From: Octopus vulgaris
Lineage: Eukaryota
Length of the DNA: 64,000 nucleotides
Direction of reading: 5' to 3'
Assembly (NCBI GenBank): GCA_951406725.2
Contig: OX597817.1
Location: 84,134,001 to 84,198,000, forward strand
Positions 1 to 13,687 of this stretch are shown in pieces; within the stretch, counting starts at the first letter, position 1, and each line of letters begins with the position of its first letter. A program made the position numbers and the translations under genes. A model generated the notes under the pieces. It made no database searches. It saw nothing but the letters and a program-made list of their open reading frames with translations, and was not told where the DNA came from.

Positions 1-513
1 TCCATGCCTTTAAGCTTTTATTTTGATTCACATATTCGTTCTATATTTCTCCTTTATTAGTTTTCTACCTATTTCTTTCCTTTACCCCTTCTCTTTCTAT
101 AGGCTACCTTTCACGTTATATCTTCAAACGGTTTTTAGAAGAAACCTTAATAGCGTTTTGTTCATCATTATACATATCCATCACATTCTGCTCAAATGTC
201 TTATTGATGATTTTAGTTTCTTTCTTTCTTTCTCTGATGAGAAGATTACATTGTTTTATAACATTTTATTCCTTTATATTAATATATTAATACACACGTG
301 CGCACACACACACACACACATACATATATATATATTAATATTAATATTTAGCAGAAATAACAGAGTGATTCAAGGTCTGAGAGCTTCGTGCGTTGGCTCT
401 TATCAAGTCTATATGTGTATGTGTGTGTGTATACATATATATATATATATATATATATATTCATACATATCCAAACACACACATGCATATTGAAACACAC
501 ACATGGGCACACG

Positions 514-581
<68 letters not shown>

Positions 582-1562
582 TGTGTGTGTGTGTGTATGA
601 GGATGATCTCTTTTTTCTTACCTGTTGAATCTCTAATACTAACTTTAGAAAAGTCTTTCATACTTTTTTCAATATTCCCTTCACACATTGAACCTACAAA
701 TAAATAATTTCCTAGCTTATGATGTAATCACTGAACATAACTATCTATAGCAAAAATTACAGACATAGAAGTACGTTTAATATTCTGGATATCAATGCTG
801 GAGATTTCTAACCAGTTATCTATAAATATCCTCTTTCTCGCTGATTTTCATTGGAATGTTCACATTTGTTACACAGCTTACCTCTACTACAGTAAATTAA
901 TTTTGAATGGAGTGTTCACACTTGTTAGGCAGCTCTACAGCAGTAAATAAATTGATTTTCAAATTTTCAATTTTAACAACGCCGATGTGATTACATTTGA
1001 CTGAAGGTTTGATAGAAATTTTCATTAAAATGCCTTGTTGAGGAAAATACGAGTATACTTACCAATAAAAACGTGTTTATTATTTTCATATCTGATATAT
1101 ATATATATTTTTTCGAAACATCGTCACACCGCGTAAGAAAGCAACTCTCGTTGACATTATGGAACTCCTGCTAAGCCTACTTGTAATATCTTTCACACGC
1201 GGATATATGACGAAATCTATATTTTCACTGAATTTATATCTTAGGTTTCATTTTTAAAATGTTCTTATATTCCAATTGGGAAAAAAATCTAACTGAATTT
1301 TCACAGTTGATGTATTTCTAGTTAACTCCGTTACTTATCACGCACTGTCATCACGATTTCGCTTTAACTTATTTTTTCCGTTTTACAAATTAAGTTCTAT
1401 ATCTTCTCTTCTCCAAAATTATCTACCCCGTATTCCCTTGATATACAGTTCGGCCATAATTCTTACATAAAAGTCATACAATCATCTCTTTATATGCATA
1501 TATATATATATATGTACATATATATATATACATATACATATATATATACATATATATATATA

Positions 1563-1617
1563 TCTCCTTGCCTGTCTCTCTCCCTCTTATTTTTCACCCT
1601 TTCTGGTTTCCTTTCCG

Positions 1618-1661
<44 letters not shown>

Positions 1662-2148
1662 TCCTCATCTCTCTCACTGCCGAACTTTCTTTCACTGGTA
1701 GCTTTCTACAAGTCAACATGACTTTTTTGCGCTCTGAATTTATCCATCGTCTAGGCTTAAAAAACAGCCCTTAATGTTGGTTTCTTTGTCCTGTTTTTAT
1801 TCTTTATGTGTACTGTATTATTTGTATTTGTATTTTTATTTGTAATTGTATTTTATTTGTATTGCTTTTACGTCCTGTTCTTGTCACATTTTTTCTTTCC
1901 TTGTTTTTACCCCTCTGCAAAGGAATTTTATTTAATTCCTTTGCAGGAAGGATTGGATCGACGGGTCGTGTTCTGTCCTTACCTTCGAAACACGCATTGA
2001 GTCGATCCAGGGACAGCTGATGAAGGGGAATATTCCTTGTATTGTTTGTCTTGTACTCTGTTTTTTTCGTTGTTAAAAAAAGTCAGTTTCCTAGTTGTTT
2101 TTGTTTTCGTTTCTCGTTGTGTTCTACGTTTATTTGTGGTGTCCTATA

Positions 2149-2150
<2 letters not shown>
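1563..2150 (+). mobile_element. Pyrimidine-rich repeat between (TA)n tracts, probably a Penelope-like terminal-repeat remnant
   Basis: Bounded by TA runs on both sides and contains hammerhead core segments; a similar layout occurs at 23150-23600. Confidence 0.4.
1954..2038 (+). ncRNA. Candidate hammerhead ribozyme with rearranged (non-circularly permuted) core order
   Basis: CGTGT-T-CTGTCC (1967-1978), CCTTC-GAAA-CACG (1982-1994), GGACAG-CTGATGA-A-GGGG (2011-2028). Stems I and III are perfect Watson-Crick; extra 9-bp helix 1954-1962/2001-2009. Confidence 0.55.
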
Positions 2151-2188
<38 letters not shown>

Positions 2189-2259
2189 TGTATATATACA
2201 TGTAGTTGTAGGTACGTACATATATGTATGTATGTGTGCATATATTTTATTTATTACAT

Positions 2260-2294
<35 letters not shown>

Positions 2295-2534
2295 CAGAGA
2301 GAGAAAGAGAGAAAGAGAGAGAGAGAGAGAAGAAAAGAAATAAACTAAAAGCAATATTGAGCAATATTCACTAAGGATTCCTTTGACATATTTTTTTTTA
2401 AATAAATATTTTTCCTTTTCAAATTTCTTTTTGAATGCAGGCAGAGATAACTAAGTTAAAGAAAGATTCTATGAATATTATCCATGATTATTTCAGTCAA
2501 TTAAAGTTTATTGGTAATAAATATTGGCAATAAA

Positions 2535-2870
2535 TATCTACTAAATATATGGGTTTCAAATTTTGGCACAGTGCCAGCAATTTGATGGGAGTGTGTAAGT
2601 CGATTACATCGACCCCAGTGCTCAACTGGTACTTCTTTTACGAGAAGTACGAAATATATTGATATTGGTTTCAAAGGCTTGCAATTTCGAGGAATGGTTA
2701 AGTTGATTACCTCAACTCCAGTGCTCAAATGGTACTTATTTTATTGACCCCGAAATGCGGAAAGTCAAATTCGACTTCAGTGAAATGTGAACTCAGAAAG
2801 AAAAGACGAGCGAAATGCCGCTAAGCATTTCACCTGGTGTACTAAGGATTTTACCAACTCACCGCCTTCT
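2535..2870 (-). mobile_element. tRNA-derived SINE family 2 (Nin/Deu-like domain), with partial duplication
   Basis: Reverse complement resembles GGCGGTGAGTTGG...GTTCTGAGTTCA...TTCGGGGTCAATAAAATAAGTACCA...TGTGCCAAAATTTGAAACC, as in the copy at 52021-52232. Confidence 0.8.
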
Positions 2871-4552
2871 AAATATATATTATATAAAAATAAATGTTTT
2901 ATATAGTCCCGTTGTCGTGTTTTAGTCAAATATTACCAAGCTGACTGCGTCATTTTCATATTACGATTGCTAAGTCTGCCTACTCTTAACGCCATTTTAA
3001 TTGTTATAGCATTATTTCGTCTCATTACAATAGATACGTTTTCTATAAAGTACCATCTCTTTCAGAACCTTGTATCCAACTCCATATCAATGACTGTCAA
3101 TGTTGCACCTTTATCTATCCAACTTTTCTTCCTCCCACATCACTTTCACACACTTCCTTTTCTTGACCATTTTTCATTATCTTCATTTGTCTTCAGACTA
3201 GCCGGAACAGGTTAGACGTTTATTCTTTGTTTTATTTCACTTGGAAGTCACATATTTCTTTCAGGCGCTTCTATAGACCAGATTTCATGTCCGTTTTACA
3301 GAAACTTAGCAATTACATTCTTCAGTGAAACTATATATTTATTCTGTTCATTGTCTGCATATCTAGAACAGTTCTAACAACTACTATCAGCATCACTGCC
3401 AGCATTATCATCATCACATACATTTCATTAAACTATGGTAACCTGTTTGTTGTACATAGGTTATGCCAAGCAACAATTTAATATAGGCTTCACTTTGAAT
3501 TATTCTTAGAAATAAAGATTATTCTTAGAAATGAAGATTATAGGTTGGTCTTAGAATTTTCAGATTACATTAACAGCTTTTGAATTATGATGATTCTTTT
3601 CAATCCAAAATACTGAAATTCATTTCTTTGCGTTAGTGTGCGTCATTTTTAAAAATTTCTTTATTTCGCACTTTAAGTCAAAGCGATGTATAGATTCTGT
3701 GTTGGTGCTATGGAGGTTAGTGATGTCAACACATTTTCAAACACAAACATAAGTTATTTTTCTTAGATTTATTTATTTATTTTGAGACTACGAAGTTAGC
3801 AAAACCATTTAATTTTGCACTCTGCAGTGTAAAATTTTATTAGAGAACCTAATAAATTAGATTTCGTAACATAACGTGCAATAGACACTCAAGTGGAAGT
3901 GTTAATTTTCTCACTTCCGACAAATTTAGACGTAATTTTTTATGCTTGCAACTTTAAAATGAGAAGATACGATTAAAAAGTATCACGAGGTAGAGATATT
4001 TATAGTCTGCCTTCTGGCTTTAGAAGGAATTTTGACCATACTGATATTGAACTTAATGTTTTTTTTTTTAGATTCAGACATATCCTTATACAAGGAAGTA
4101 TAATCGTACTTTAATGAAGGTCAAAATACAATAATGGCCATACATTTCCCGTAACTTAATTAAACATCACTGTCTACATCGAGGAAGGAGCTGCGAAGAG
4201 CATTAGTTGAGCAAGAGATGAATACCATAAAATAAACATTAGACAAGATAAGTCAATAATACAATAGAATTTTACGGCTCCTCAGTTATGCCCAAAATCT
4301 CATTAGTTGCTTTTTGTATTTTTAAGTACACTCGAAGAGACAAATCAATTGCCTCTTTGATATTAATATGTCGTGTAACTCTTTTTACCAAGTTCTAAGC
4401 TCTTCAACACTAATTAATCTCTTCTGTTCTTTTCCAGGACGTATCTTATTTTGTTGCACATTGAACAAAGCTTAGCTATTTTTGCCACAGGTTTTAGGAG
4501 AGACGACGTTCATAAGCTCCAGTGTACTAACGATTAAAGTTGCTAGTTAATA

Positions 4553-4652
4553 CTGGTTTCAAGTTTTGGCACATAACCAACAATTTCGGGGAAGAGAGAT
4601 AATCGATTACATCACCTCAAGTGATCAACTGGCATATATTTATGTACCACGA

Positions 4653-4687
<35 letters not shown>

Positions 4688-4795
4688 CAAGCCAAAGTTT
4701 TATTCAGCAAAATTTGAACTCAGAACGTAAAGGCGGGAGAAAAGTCGCTGAGCATTTTGCCCTGCGTGCTAACGATTCTGTCAGCTCACCGTTAC
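4553..4795 (-). mobile_element. SINE family 2 copy
   Basis: GAACTCAGAACGTAAA, GCTAACGATTCTGTCAGCTCACCG and TTTTGGCACA match the family. Confidence 0.75.
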
Positions 4796-5340
4796 TAGTT
4801 AATGTCTTATGTTCGTGACTTTTAACTGTGTCATTTGAGATTTATTTCAGAAAGCCTTGTTCATTGTGTAAGCAGCTGAATACACGCAACACGACGTGAC
4901 TTATGTCGGTTGAGCAACGGAAAAAAATAGATAAAAGGCACCATACTACTTCAACGAAACTTTCCGAGCATCTTAATACAAATGGCCATAACTGCGACGA
5001 TCACATTTAAGTACACATTCTCAAAAAATATTCTGACTCCACTGAACTTTCACTCCTCAAACCACACAAAAACAAATATATTTAAAAGTTACTAATGTCC
5101 AACCCTGGAGTAGGAACAAAATGACAGGATAGTTCCATCGGATTTATACAAATCTCTTTGACTAGTATTTCTCGCACTTATCTTTGCCTTTCTTGTTTTA
5201 ACCAGTTACAAACAAGCGATACTTGTAAATAGACTTATGTTCTTCGTGTGATTTTCATTGTCCATTATTCTCATTTTATTTTCAACTTGAAGAAAACAGA
5301 TGTACTATTGAAATATTGTTCAATAAATAATGTCTGTGTT

Positions 5341-5392
<52 letters not shown>

Positions 5393-5486
5393 TGTGTGTG
5401 TGCGTGTGTGTGTATATGTATATATATATATATATATTATCTTTTTTAATCGTATAGTTACGTTTGTGAAGAGTATACTAATATCC

Positions 5487-5524
<38 letters not shown>

Positions 5525-5983
5525 TGATACTAGAATTGTCATGCGAAAAGAAAATATTTCACAGAACACATACTGAGAAAGTAATTTTTCCCCGGATTAC
5601 CGAATAAAAATGTTAATTTTTACTTTCTTCTTTTTTTTGCTAAGAAAAGATCTTTTAGTATAAATTTTTCTACTTTGTGTATATTTTTTATCAAGGGTAT
5701 TGGCATCGTTGTTTTTATTTCAAATTGTTGTCTAAGTGGTAAGGGAACGCATCTACTAGTTACAACAGTGATCGTAGTTTCAAATAACCACCATTCCCTA
5801 CTGATACAAAAATTAAATAAATACAGATTCAAGTACAAAATATTTAGTTACTCAATGAAACTCAGAAACTGTGTTGAAAAATCTGTTAGTATAGAAGTTA
5901 AAAGTAATATAAAGACTTTGGGGGACACTTGATAAGTACAAAAGAATATATTTTTAACTTTGTGAATCAAAGACATTTACTGA

Positions 5984-6180
5984 CTTCAAATTGTGGCATA
6001 AGGCCAGCAATTTCGGAGGCAGGTCAATTACATAGACTCCAGTGCTCATTTGGTACTTATTCTATCGACTCCGAAAGGATGAAAGGCAAAGTCGACCTCC
6101 GCGAAATTTGAACTCAGAACGTAAAAACGGACGAAATGTTGCTCAGTATTTTGCCCGGCGTGCTAACGATTCTGTCAGCA
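5984..6180 (-). mobile_element. SINE family 2 copy
   Basis: GGTACTTATTCTATCGACTCCGAAAGGATGAAAGGCAAAGTCGACC is the reverse complement of the core domain. Confidence 0.85.
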
Positions 6181-6349
6181 GATAAACACGATCGTTAGAG
6201 CGTCGAAAAATACGCCTTGTACTAATTGATCTAGCGCTTTACAATCGTTCTCTGTTCATTTCAGGATCGATGCAATGACATACTAAACAAGTACTGGGCT
6301 CAATATAATTTACTGAGCCTTTACGTACTCCTGGAAATTGCAGAACCTG

Positions 6350-7525
6350 TGCTCATATGGCTACAATGCATTCCAGAACATGGTAGATGACCTTGTGTGC
6401 AAAGTTGCTATCTCTGCCGTTGACACCCAATCTGAAAGAGAGAAGGTTAGAAATCTGCTCAGATCTACAGGAAGCATTTGAATCCCTTATTGGGATAGGC
6501 TTTGTCTATCTTGGGACAGAAGACGAAACATGATCCGGAAACGTAAACTCAGTCTATCTAATCGCGTCACACCTACCCTCAAATTATGAGATGGTCAAAA
6601 CCCAGCGATCGGCATTGAAAGTCAAAGTAGATGTTTTGTGATGACAACGGCGTCATTCACTTTGATTTTCTGGAAAGTAGCTCTGTCGTGAGCAGCGACC
6701 GGTTCAGTGAGATACTGAAAAAATTTAGGGAATCCATTAGGAGAAAGGTACAATAGAAGGATCTGAAAACGATCCTATTCACCATGCCAAAGAGTAATCT
6801 CATGCATATATGTCAAGTAATATGATAATAAACAAACTGGGTTTTCCATTCGCTGTGCAAACCGGATCTGGTACCTGTAAACTTCCACTTCTACTCAATA
6901 AAGAAGAATAATCATGGACAACGATTAGATAAAACGGCGAGGTGAAAGTAGCTGTGAAGAAATGGACACAACAGAGCACACCTGAATATTTTCAAAAAGG
7001 ATTTGGGAGTTAGATTAACGATAGTGCAAATGCATCGCTTGTTGATGGAGACTATGTTGAATAGTAATTTTGTGTAGAAGAGTTATTCTATCTATCTATC
7101 CGTTCAGTCGAAGTCGACTCTCGGTTATTCGATGGATCAGTGTTCTCCAGCCAGTTCTATCCTGGGTTGCTTCTTTCAGATTGTCTATGGCCATTCCCGT
7201 GTCATTCTTGATGGTGTCAAGCCAGCGGGTTCTTGGTCGGCCTCTTCATCCCTTGCCACTGACCATTCCGAGCATGATGTCCTTCTCCAGGGATTTTCTC
7301 CGCATAATATGACCAAAATATGCCAATCTATGCTTGGTGATCCTAGCTTCTAGCGACAGTTTCGGTTGATCTGGTTAAGAACCTTTCCATTGGTGAGCCT
7401 CGCTGTCCATGAAATCCGTAAAATCCGTAAAGAGTTATTCCACCAATATGTAAAATTTGGATCACTTATGTGAATTAATAAGAGAGTTATGCCTGATTTT
7501 GCATTACTTTCGGTGTAACCCTTAT
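6350..7525 (+). mobile_element. Decayed mariner-type DNA transposon, interrupted by an RTE fragment
   Basis: Frameshifted motifs KTQRSA-KV, D-GVIHFDFL, PDL-P--FHF, VK-AVKKW and KCI--DGDYVE* (ends about 7064). Confidence 0.65.
7089..7429 (-). mobile_element. 5'-truncated RTE (BovB-like) LINE 3' end with target-site duplication
   Basis: Translates to RLAYFGHIMRRKSLEKDIMLGMVSG--RGRPRTRWLDTIK...DRTGWRTLIHRIT; short GATA tail; TSD AAGAGTTATTC at 7078-7088 and 7430-7440. Confidence 0.9.
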
Positions 7526-7824
7526 AATTTACTTTCCCTTATGTCTTCTGGCTCTTTATGTTCGGAGGCCAACTGTGCCTTCCATTGCATTCAAGATAGA
7601 TAAAATATGGTACCAGTCAAATACAAGAATCGCTATATTCCATTAACTCTCTTCCCCTTAAAATTACTGGTCTTGTGCCAAAATATGAAAAACTTATATG
7701 CCTGTTTTAAAAGTGCAAATACAGACAGCTATCTAAGCTTTTATATTTCTGCTCGGTTATACATACACGTAGGTACACATACACACACAGACACAAACAC
7801 ACACACGCACACACATATATACAT

Positions 7825-8310
7825 ATGGTGGTTCTCTACTCCTTATGCAGAGTTTGACCACCTCCAGTACCTACACCTTAGAACCAGCTGGTGTGGCTTT
7901 TTAAACCGCACGGTATTTTGAAAAGACACTCACATAGATTGCATATCCGATTTGGACCACCAAGAGCTGCAGTTAAGTTCTGATCTTTGTGGATCTTAAA
8001 ATGTCTTTTGAGGTCTCCGTTAGATTTACAGACCTTCTGGCACACATTGCATTGAGGGGTGTGCACAGACATTTAGGCAGAATAGTTGGTGGAAGTTCGT
8101 TTTCCATGGGTTCGCAAAAGAGATCTGAGCCCAGCAAAAGAAAGGCATGGTCTGTCACAAACTGTGCACACAAACAGGTCATTGGGATTCACTTTCACGA
8201 TTGTAACATTCTTCTTTAAATTTCTCTTGATTCTTGCATACGTTATTCTGGCTTCTTCAAACGCTTTCAATCCACTCCACGCATACATAGCTGTCGCATA
8301 GGCACCATAC
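7825..8310 (-). mobile_element. LINE 3' end (RTE-like) encoding three C2H2-type zinc fingers, frameshifted
   Basis: GLKAFEEAR... followed by CTVCDRPCLSFAGLRSLLRTH, CNVCQKVCKSNGDLKRHFKIH and CNLCECLFKIPCGLKSH; short 3' UTR running into a TA/TG tract. Confidence 0.7.
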
Positions 8311-8537
8311 TGAATATAGAAGCCATAACAAAGACAAAGATAGTGAATATGTATTAGGCGGCGGATGATAATAGAAGACTATAAAGTGTCAGAGAAAATA
8401 AAAAGTCTATGGAGGGACAGATATTTTAAAATCCAGCATTCACACCATTGTGATATGCGCAATAGTTGTCAGACTGTTTCTTTGCAAAGCTATTAAGCAG
8501 AAATTAACATGTGGTGAATCAATTTTCTATTTGTCCT

Positions 8538-8720
8538 CAGGTGCAGGTATAGTAGTGTGGTTAAGAAGTTTGCTTTATAACCATGTGATTCTGAGGTGAA
8601 TATTACTCCACAGTACTTTAGACGAGTGTCTGCTAATATAATCTCAAGTCGACTAACGTCTGGTGAGTAACATACGAAGATATTGCAAATGGAAACTGCG
8701 TGGAAGCCCACATCACATGT
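8538..8720 (+). mobile_element. Degenerate head of SINE family 1
   Basis: GGTGCAGG...GTGTGGTTAAGAAGTTTGC...GGAAACTG followed by a TA tract, as at 29932 and 62808. Confidence 0.6.
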
Positions 8721-8743
8721 ATAATATATAGGCATACATAAGC

Positions 8744-8796
<53 letters not shown>

Positions 8797-9675
8797 CGCG
8801 TGTGTATAAGAAGTGTATATTTTTGAGAACTGTTCCCACTCGCCGGTGTTTCACAACAAGTCTTTCATAATTGTATTATTTTCTCCGTTTTGTGCGTTTG
8901 TGCATCCGTACATTTCTACTGAAGCAACAAACAGACAATGAAGGCAAATGAAGCCCTCACCAGAAAACTCGTTATGCTAAAAATAAAAGCTAAAGGTCTG
9001 GTGCACAGAAATATGTTATTACGACGGCTTATCTGTTGCATTCGATTTTTTTTCACTTTAAGAAAATTCCCAAGTAGACGTTTCTAATAGAAAGGCAGAA
9101 GTCACCAGAAGCAAAAATAAATAATATACACGCACAGTTAAATATAGAAGCGTGAAGTATGATTTGTTACATAATCTCTATAACAAACATGATACTGAAT
9201 GGAATAATTCCGCGTTTGAACTTTTCTAATTACATATGTGTGTGTGTGTGTGTGTGTGTGTGGTACGGATGCACAAACGCATATAACGGAGAAAATGAAA
9301 CAAATATGGACGATTTGTTCAGAAACACCCGCGAGTGGGAAACAGTTCTCAAAAATAACACACAATTGTTTTTCCCAAAATTCCTATGTCCTCGGAATCT
9401 ACATGGTCTGAGGTATATTTGTAGAGAATTTTATTTAAAAATGTCAATTTTCTTGAAAGCTAAAACGAATTGACATGGACTCCGGTGAAATTTCCGAAAT
9501 TCCTCACCCTAACCCCACCTAAAATACTTTCCCCCCAAAAATCGGTTGGGAGTCACTGGAATAAGGTCACCAAACCAGTATGATTTCAGTGGAGAACATG
9601 CTGAGGCCTTTGTCCTGTAGTTGACTGAACGTAGACAATCCAAATCATATAAATATAGACAGACAGACAGATAGC

Positions 9676-9709
<34 letters not shown>

Positions 9710-9840
9710 CATACATACATACATACATACATACATACATACATACATACATACACACACACACAGATATATATATATATATGTATATATAGTACAAAGT
9801 AAGATAGGGGTTATGAGTGAACTCACTATGGGATATCATT

Positions 9841-10014
<174 letters not shown>

Positions 10015-11551
10015 CGGAGGGTGGGCAGAGCACCGGACAACATAGCTTACAACATTTGACAGTTTCCCTCTACGTTATGAGTTCAAATTACACCAACGTC
10101 AACTGTGTTTCTCATTCATATATAATTGCCTGTGTTTGCGTTTGAAAGAAAAAATGTGTGCGCATATATCGGGAGGGGCATATGAATCGAATATAAACTG
10201 GTAAATGGTGACTGAAACCAGTGAAAGAGTAAAAAATATGATTAATGAAAATGACAAATAATACGCACCGAAAAATGAAATAATCAGGTGTGAAATATAT
10301 GAAAATTATTCTGTGAAAGCAATTGAAACAGCATTGCATCCACTGAAGTTTGTTATAACCCGACAGCTTTCCAAAACATCAGTTCCCTAAATATCGATGC
10401 ACGAATTTCGTCTTGACAAGTGGAAATCTGTGTGTGGCATTTAGAAACACCAATAAGAGTGAAACACATCTGTCATTCTTGTTACATACTGCTGCGACGA
10501 TGGTTCCCTTGCTCCAATATATATTGAGCTTTTTATACAGTATGTCAATAAAGAGGGGTTTTTTTTCCTGATAATTCCACAGCAATATCCCTGTCAATTG
10601 TATATATTGATTTAGTATGATACACAGATGGTGATATGAAGATTATATTAATTACATATCCTTAAGAAAGTTAGTTCAGAAAGGTTGTTACCATGTTTAT
10701 ATTTAAGACCATGTTATGGGAGCTATGCGCAATTTTCAGTTTTTGCCTGGCTTTTTTGATCGAAATGCACCCAGCGAAACTATGTTTAAAACGTTACTTA
10801 AGATACTAACTGATATGTTCTGAAAGATGGAATTCTATACAAGTGAGAGCATTCGATTAACATGCAGTTTAGAGACTTATAAAATGAAATGAAAAGAAAG
10901 GAATGAAAGTAACTTGACCGAAAGTGATGACAATGACATCTCATGATTTCATAAAGAGAACATAAAGGAACTGGTAATATTTCTTCCTTTTATTAGTACA
11001 ATTCCCTCATTATTCTGCGTCCACATGCACCTACTTATATAGAACCTTTCTATAATATCATATGCATTTCGGAAGTATGTCCTTCGATGGAGTTTTCGTG
11101 CATATGGTTTTGGATCAGTTGTACGGTTTGCCAGCACTTGTGTAGAATGTTTTTACGAGACCCCACTCGCTTGGATGGCCGTTGGCTCACGACAACTCAT
11201 CCGCCCTTTGACAAGTCTTGTTTTTAGCCTTTCAGTTCTATCAGCTCTATCAGCACCTAGCCAGCCAGGTAGGGGAACCAGGTCAGCCACCAACCACTCA
11301 ACCATGAAACAGATAGTACTGGCTTATATGGTACCAGTAACAGGATTTTCCTGAGCTGCTCTGTACAATGCTTAACATCAATTATGCCAACCATATATCA
11401 AACAAGTCGCTATAAGGATCTTTACTGCTTGTCAGTCAGACAATCTAACAAAGACAGCTAACATTTGATGGCCACTGTTTCAGCAGAACAGATCAACCTG
11501 TCACTGAGCTTCTGTTTTTACTAAAACTCCGTATAGACGTTTAAGCCTACG

Positions 11552-11615
11552 GATCAAGCCTGCTGATCAAGCCTGCTAATCAAGTTTGCTTTTCAAGCTT
11601 GCTGATCAAGCCTGC
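11552..11615. repeat. 13-bp tandem repeat, about 5 units (GATCAAGCCTGCT)
   Basis: Direct reading; two units are degenerate. Confidence 0.85.
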
Positions 11616-12765
11616 ATGATGAATGCCCGTGAACATTTGTCGGACACAGGATTGTGCAATATCTCAGAGCTGGGACGCGCAATGTCATCTCATACAGCTT
11701 GGAAGAAAATTTGCTCATAAGTTGAAGTCGACGCCCACGAATGATGGCGTGGTTTATTCGATACTGTCAATCCCAATACTTAACTTGTATTCTATTTTAT
11801 CGACCCTGGTGGGATGAAAGGAAAAGTTCACCGTAGCGGTATTGAACACAGAATATAAAGATTTCAGAACATAGCATTTTGTCTGATGCTCTAGCGAGTC
11901 TACCAATTCACCAAATTTCTTACATTTACTTTAAGTTCATAACATTGTTTGGAATAGACCAAGATAGACAGATACATTGGTAGCAACTGAGGTTTATCAT
12001 TCTAATGCACTATAACCAGCATAAATGCAATTGTATTCATCTTCATTAAAATACGGTTTTCATGTAATATAAAGAATATGTACGATTTGCATGGTATATA
12101 AATATACATAGAATCCATACATTAGTTATGCCACATAGATATGTTTGCATGAAATTAGTTGGTGTCATTGTCGTCACTTGCGATCAATTTCCTTTCGTTC
12201 TTTTTAGTCCCTAAACTGCATGTTAACCGTGCACTCTATTACTTTCACGGCCATCAATTATTCAGAAATTGATTATCTGAATGTTAGGAGGTTGGAATTT
12301 AATTGGAGGCATGGCCACCTGCTTGGAACTTCTGAGAGTACAATGGTTGGACGTGATAATGTGAATGACTGATTCACCGGAACCCTGACTGTTTCTTTAT
12401 GAATAAATACAAGATGTCCTTCGCAACACAAGAAATGCTGGTGAATCGAAGGCAAAAAGAGAGACAGACAGACAGAGGGAGGGAGGGAAGGAGAGTGGTT
12501 CTCTATATTCGGAAGTTTGAGGTTGAATTTATTGTAGATAGCGAAAAAAAGTATATTGCTGATCTATATCATGTCTAATTTATATCTTGACAAAACCTAC
12601 TTGAAAAATCATCTTTATACCGTTAATTACTTACTGTTCCACTAGATTCATACACATCCAATTATCTAGGCACTTCTTGTTTATATATTTACTTCCTTGT
12701 GACTTGATACACACATACAATCACGCATGCACATAGATAAGTACATATATATCTGTGTCTATATG

Positions 12766-12830
<65 letters not shown>

Positions 12831-12831
12831 T

Positions 12832-12876
<45 letters not shown>

Positions 12877-12905
12877 TTAGATAGATAGATAGATAGATAG
12901 ATAGT

Positions 12906-12987
<82 letters not shown>

Positions 12988-12988
12988 T
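12766..12988. repeat. (GATA)n microsatellite
   Basis: Direct reading. Confidence 0.95.
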
Positions 12989-13348
12989 GTCACTACTTGT
13001 GTGGATATACATTTTTATTTATGCATATACGAATGTGTATATACGCTAAGTATATAACATTATAGTCATTAAGTATACTTAATTTCATTTTTCTTTAAAT
13101 ACTAATATATACTTGACAAGGTGCATCTGTGCGTCTGTATTTCCACTCATGTATTGAATGGTGCCTGTCTGTTTAGCATTTAACTTTTTCTATATGTATT
13201 AATATATACTTTATGTATGCATGAATTCATACTATATGATTCTCTGTGTGTATCATATGCTAATGGTTTTCAAGGTTTCCTCCTTCTGTCACTTTAATTC
13301 TGTCTATTTCTACCACTAGAATTAGACAGAATATATATATATTTTTTA

Positions 13349-13388
<40 letters not shown>

Positions 13389-13618
13389 CAAGATATAAGT
13401 TATAGGTCATGCAACCATCTAAGGGATAGACGTATCCGTAGGCACTCCTGGTATATTACCTTACTATGTATAGTCCTAGTTATAAGCTATACGGTAGTAG
13501 GTAATTTAAAGGTAAAACCATGGTTTAATATATAGAGAAGATAAGAAATGGAGCAATAATTAACAATTAGAAGTGGACCATTGGTGTTTAAAGGTCATAG
13601 TTTAATTGTATTTGGAAC

Positions 13619-13687
13619 CATTTACAGCTGTTTTTGTTTATCAAATTTACATTTACCTCGTTACATTTACTGAACATCTTCAGAATG
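13619..13687 (-). ncRNA. Penelope-type minimal hammerhead motif with a mutated core (GAAA to AAAA)
   Basis: Reverse complement: CATT-CTGAAGA-TGTT...AACA-AAAA-CAGCTG-TA-AATG; stems I and II pair and stem III is palindromic. Confidence 0.65.

Noticed and set aside
385-412. Hammerhead-like remnant on the minus strand (TTGATAA...CACGAAG)
   Set aside because: Several core positions differ, too degenerate to call.
10380-11500. Short ORFs in non-repetitive-looking sequence
   Set aside because: No recognisable motifs, and the lengths are compatible with chance.
11552-11615. Short repeats here and at 38470-38810 considered as a CRISPR-like array
   Set aside because: Units are head-to-tail with no unique spacers, the context is eukaryotic, and there are no cas genes.
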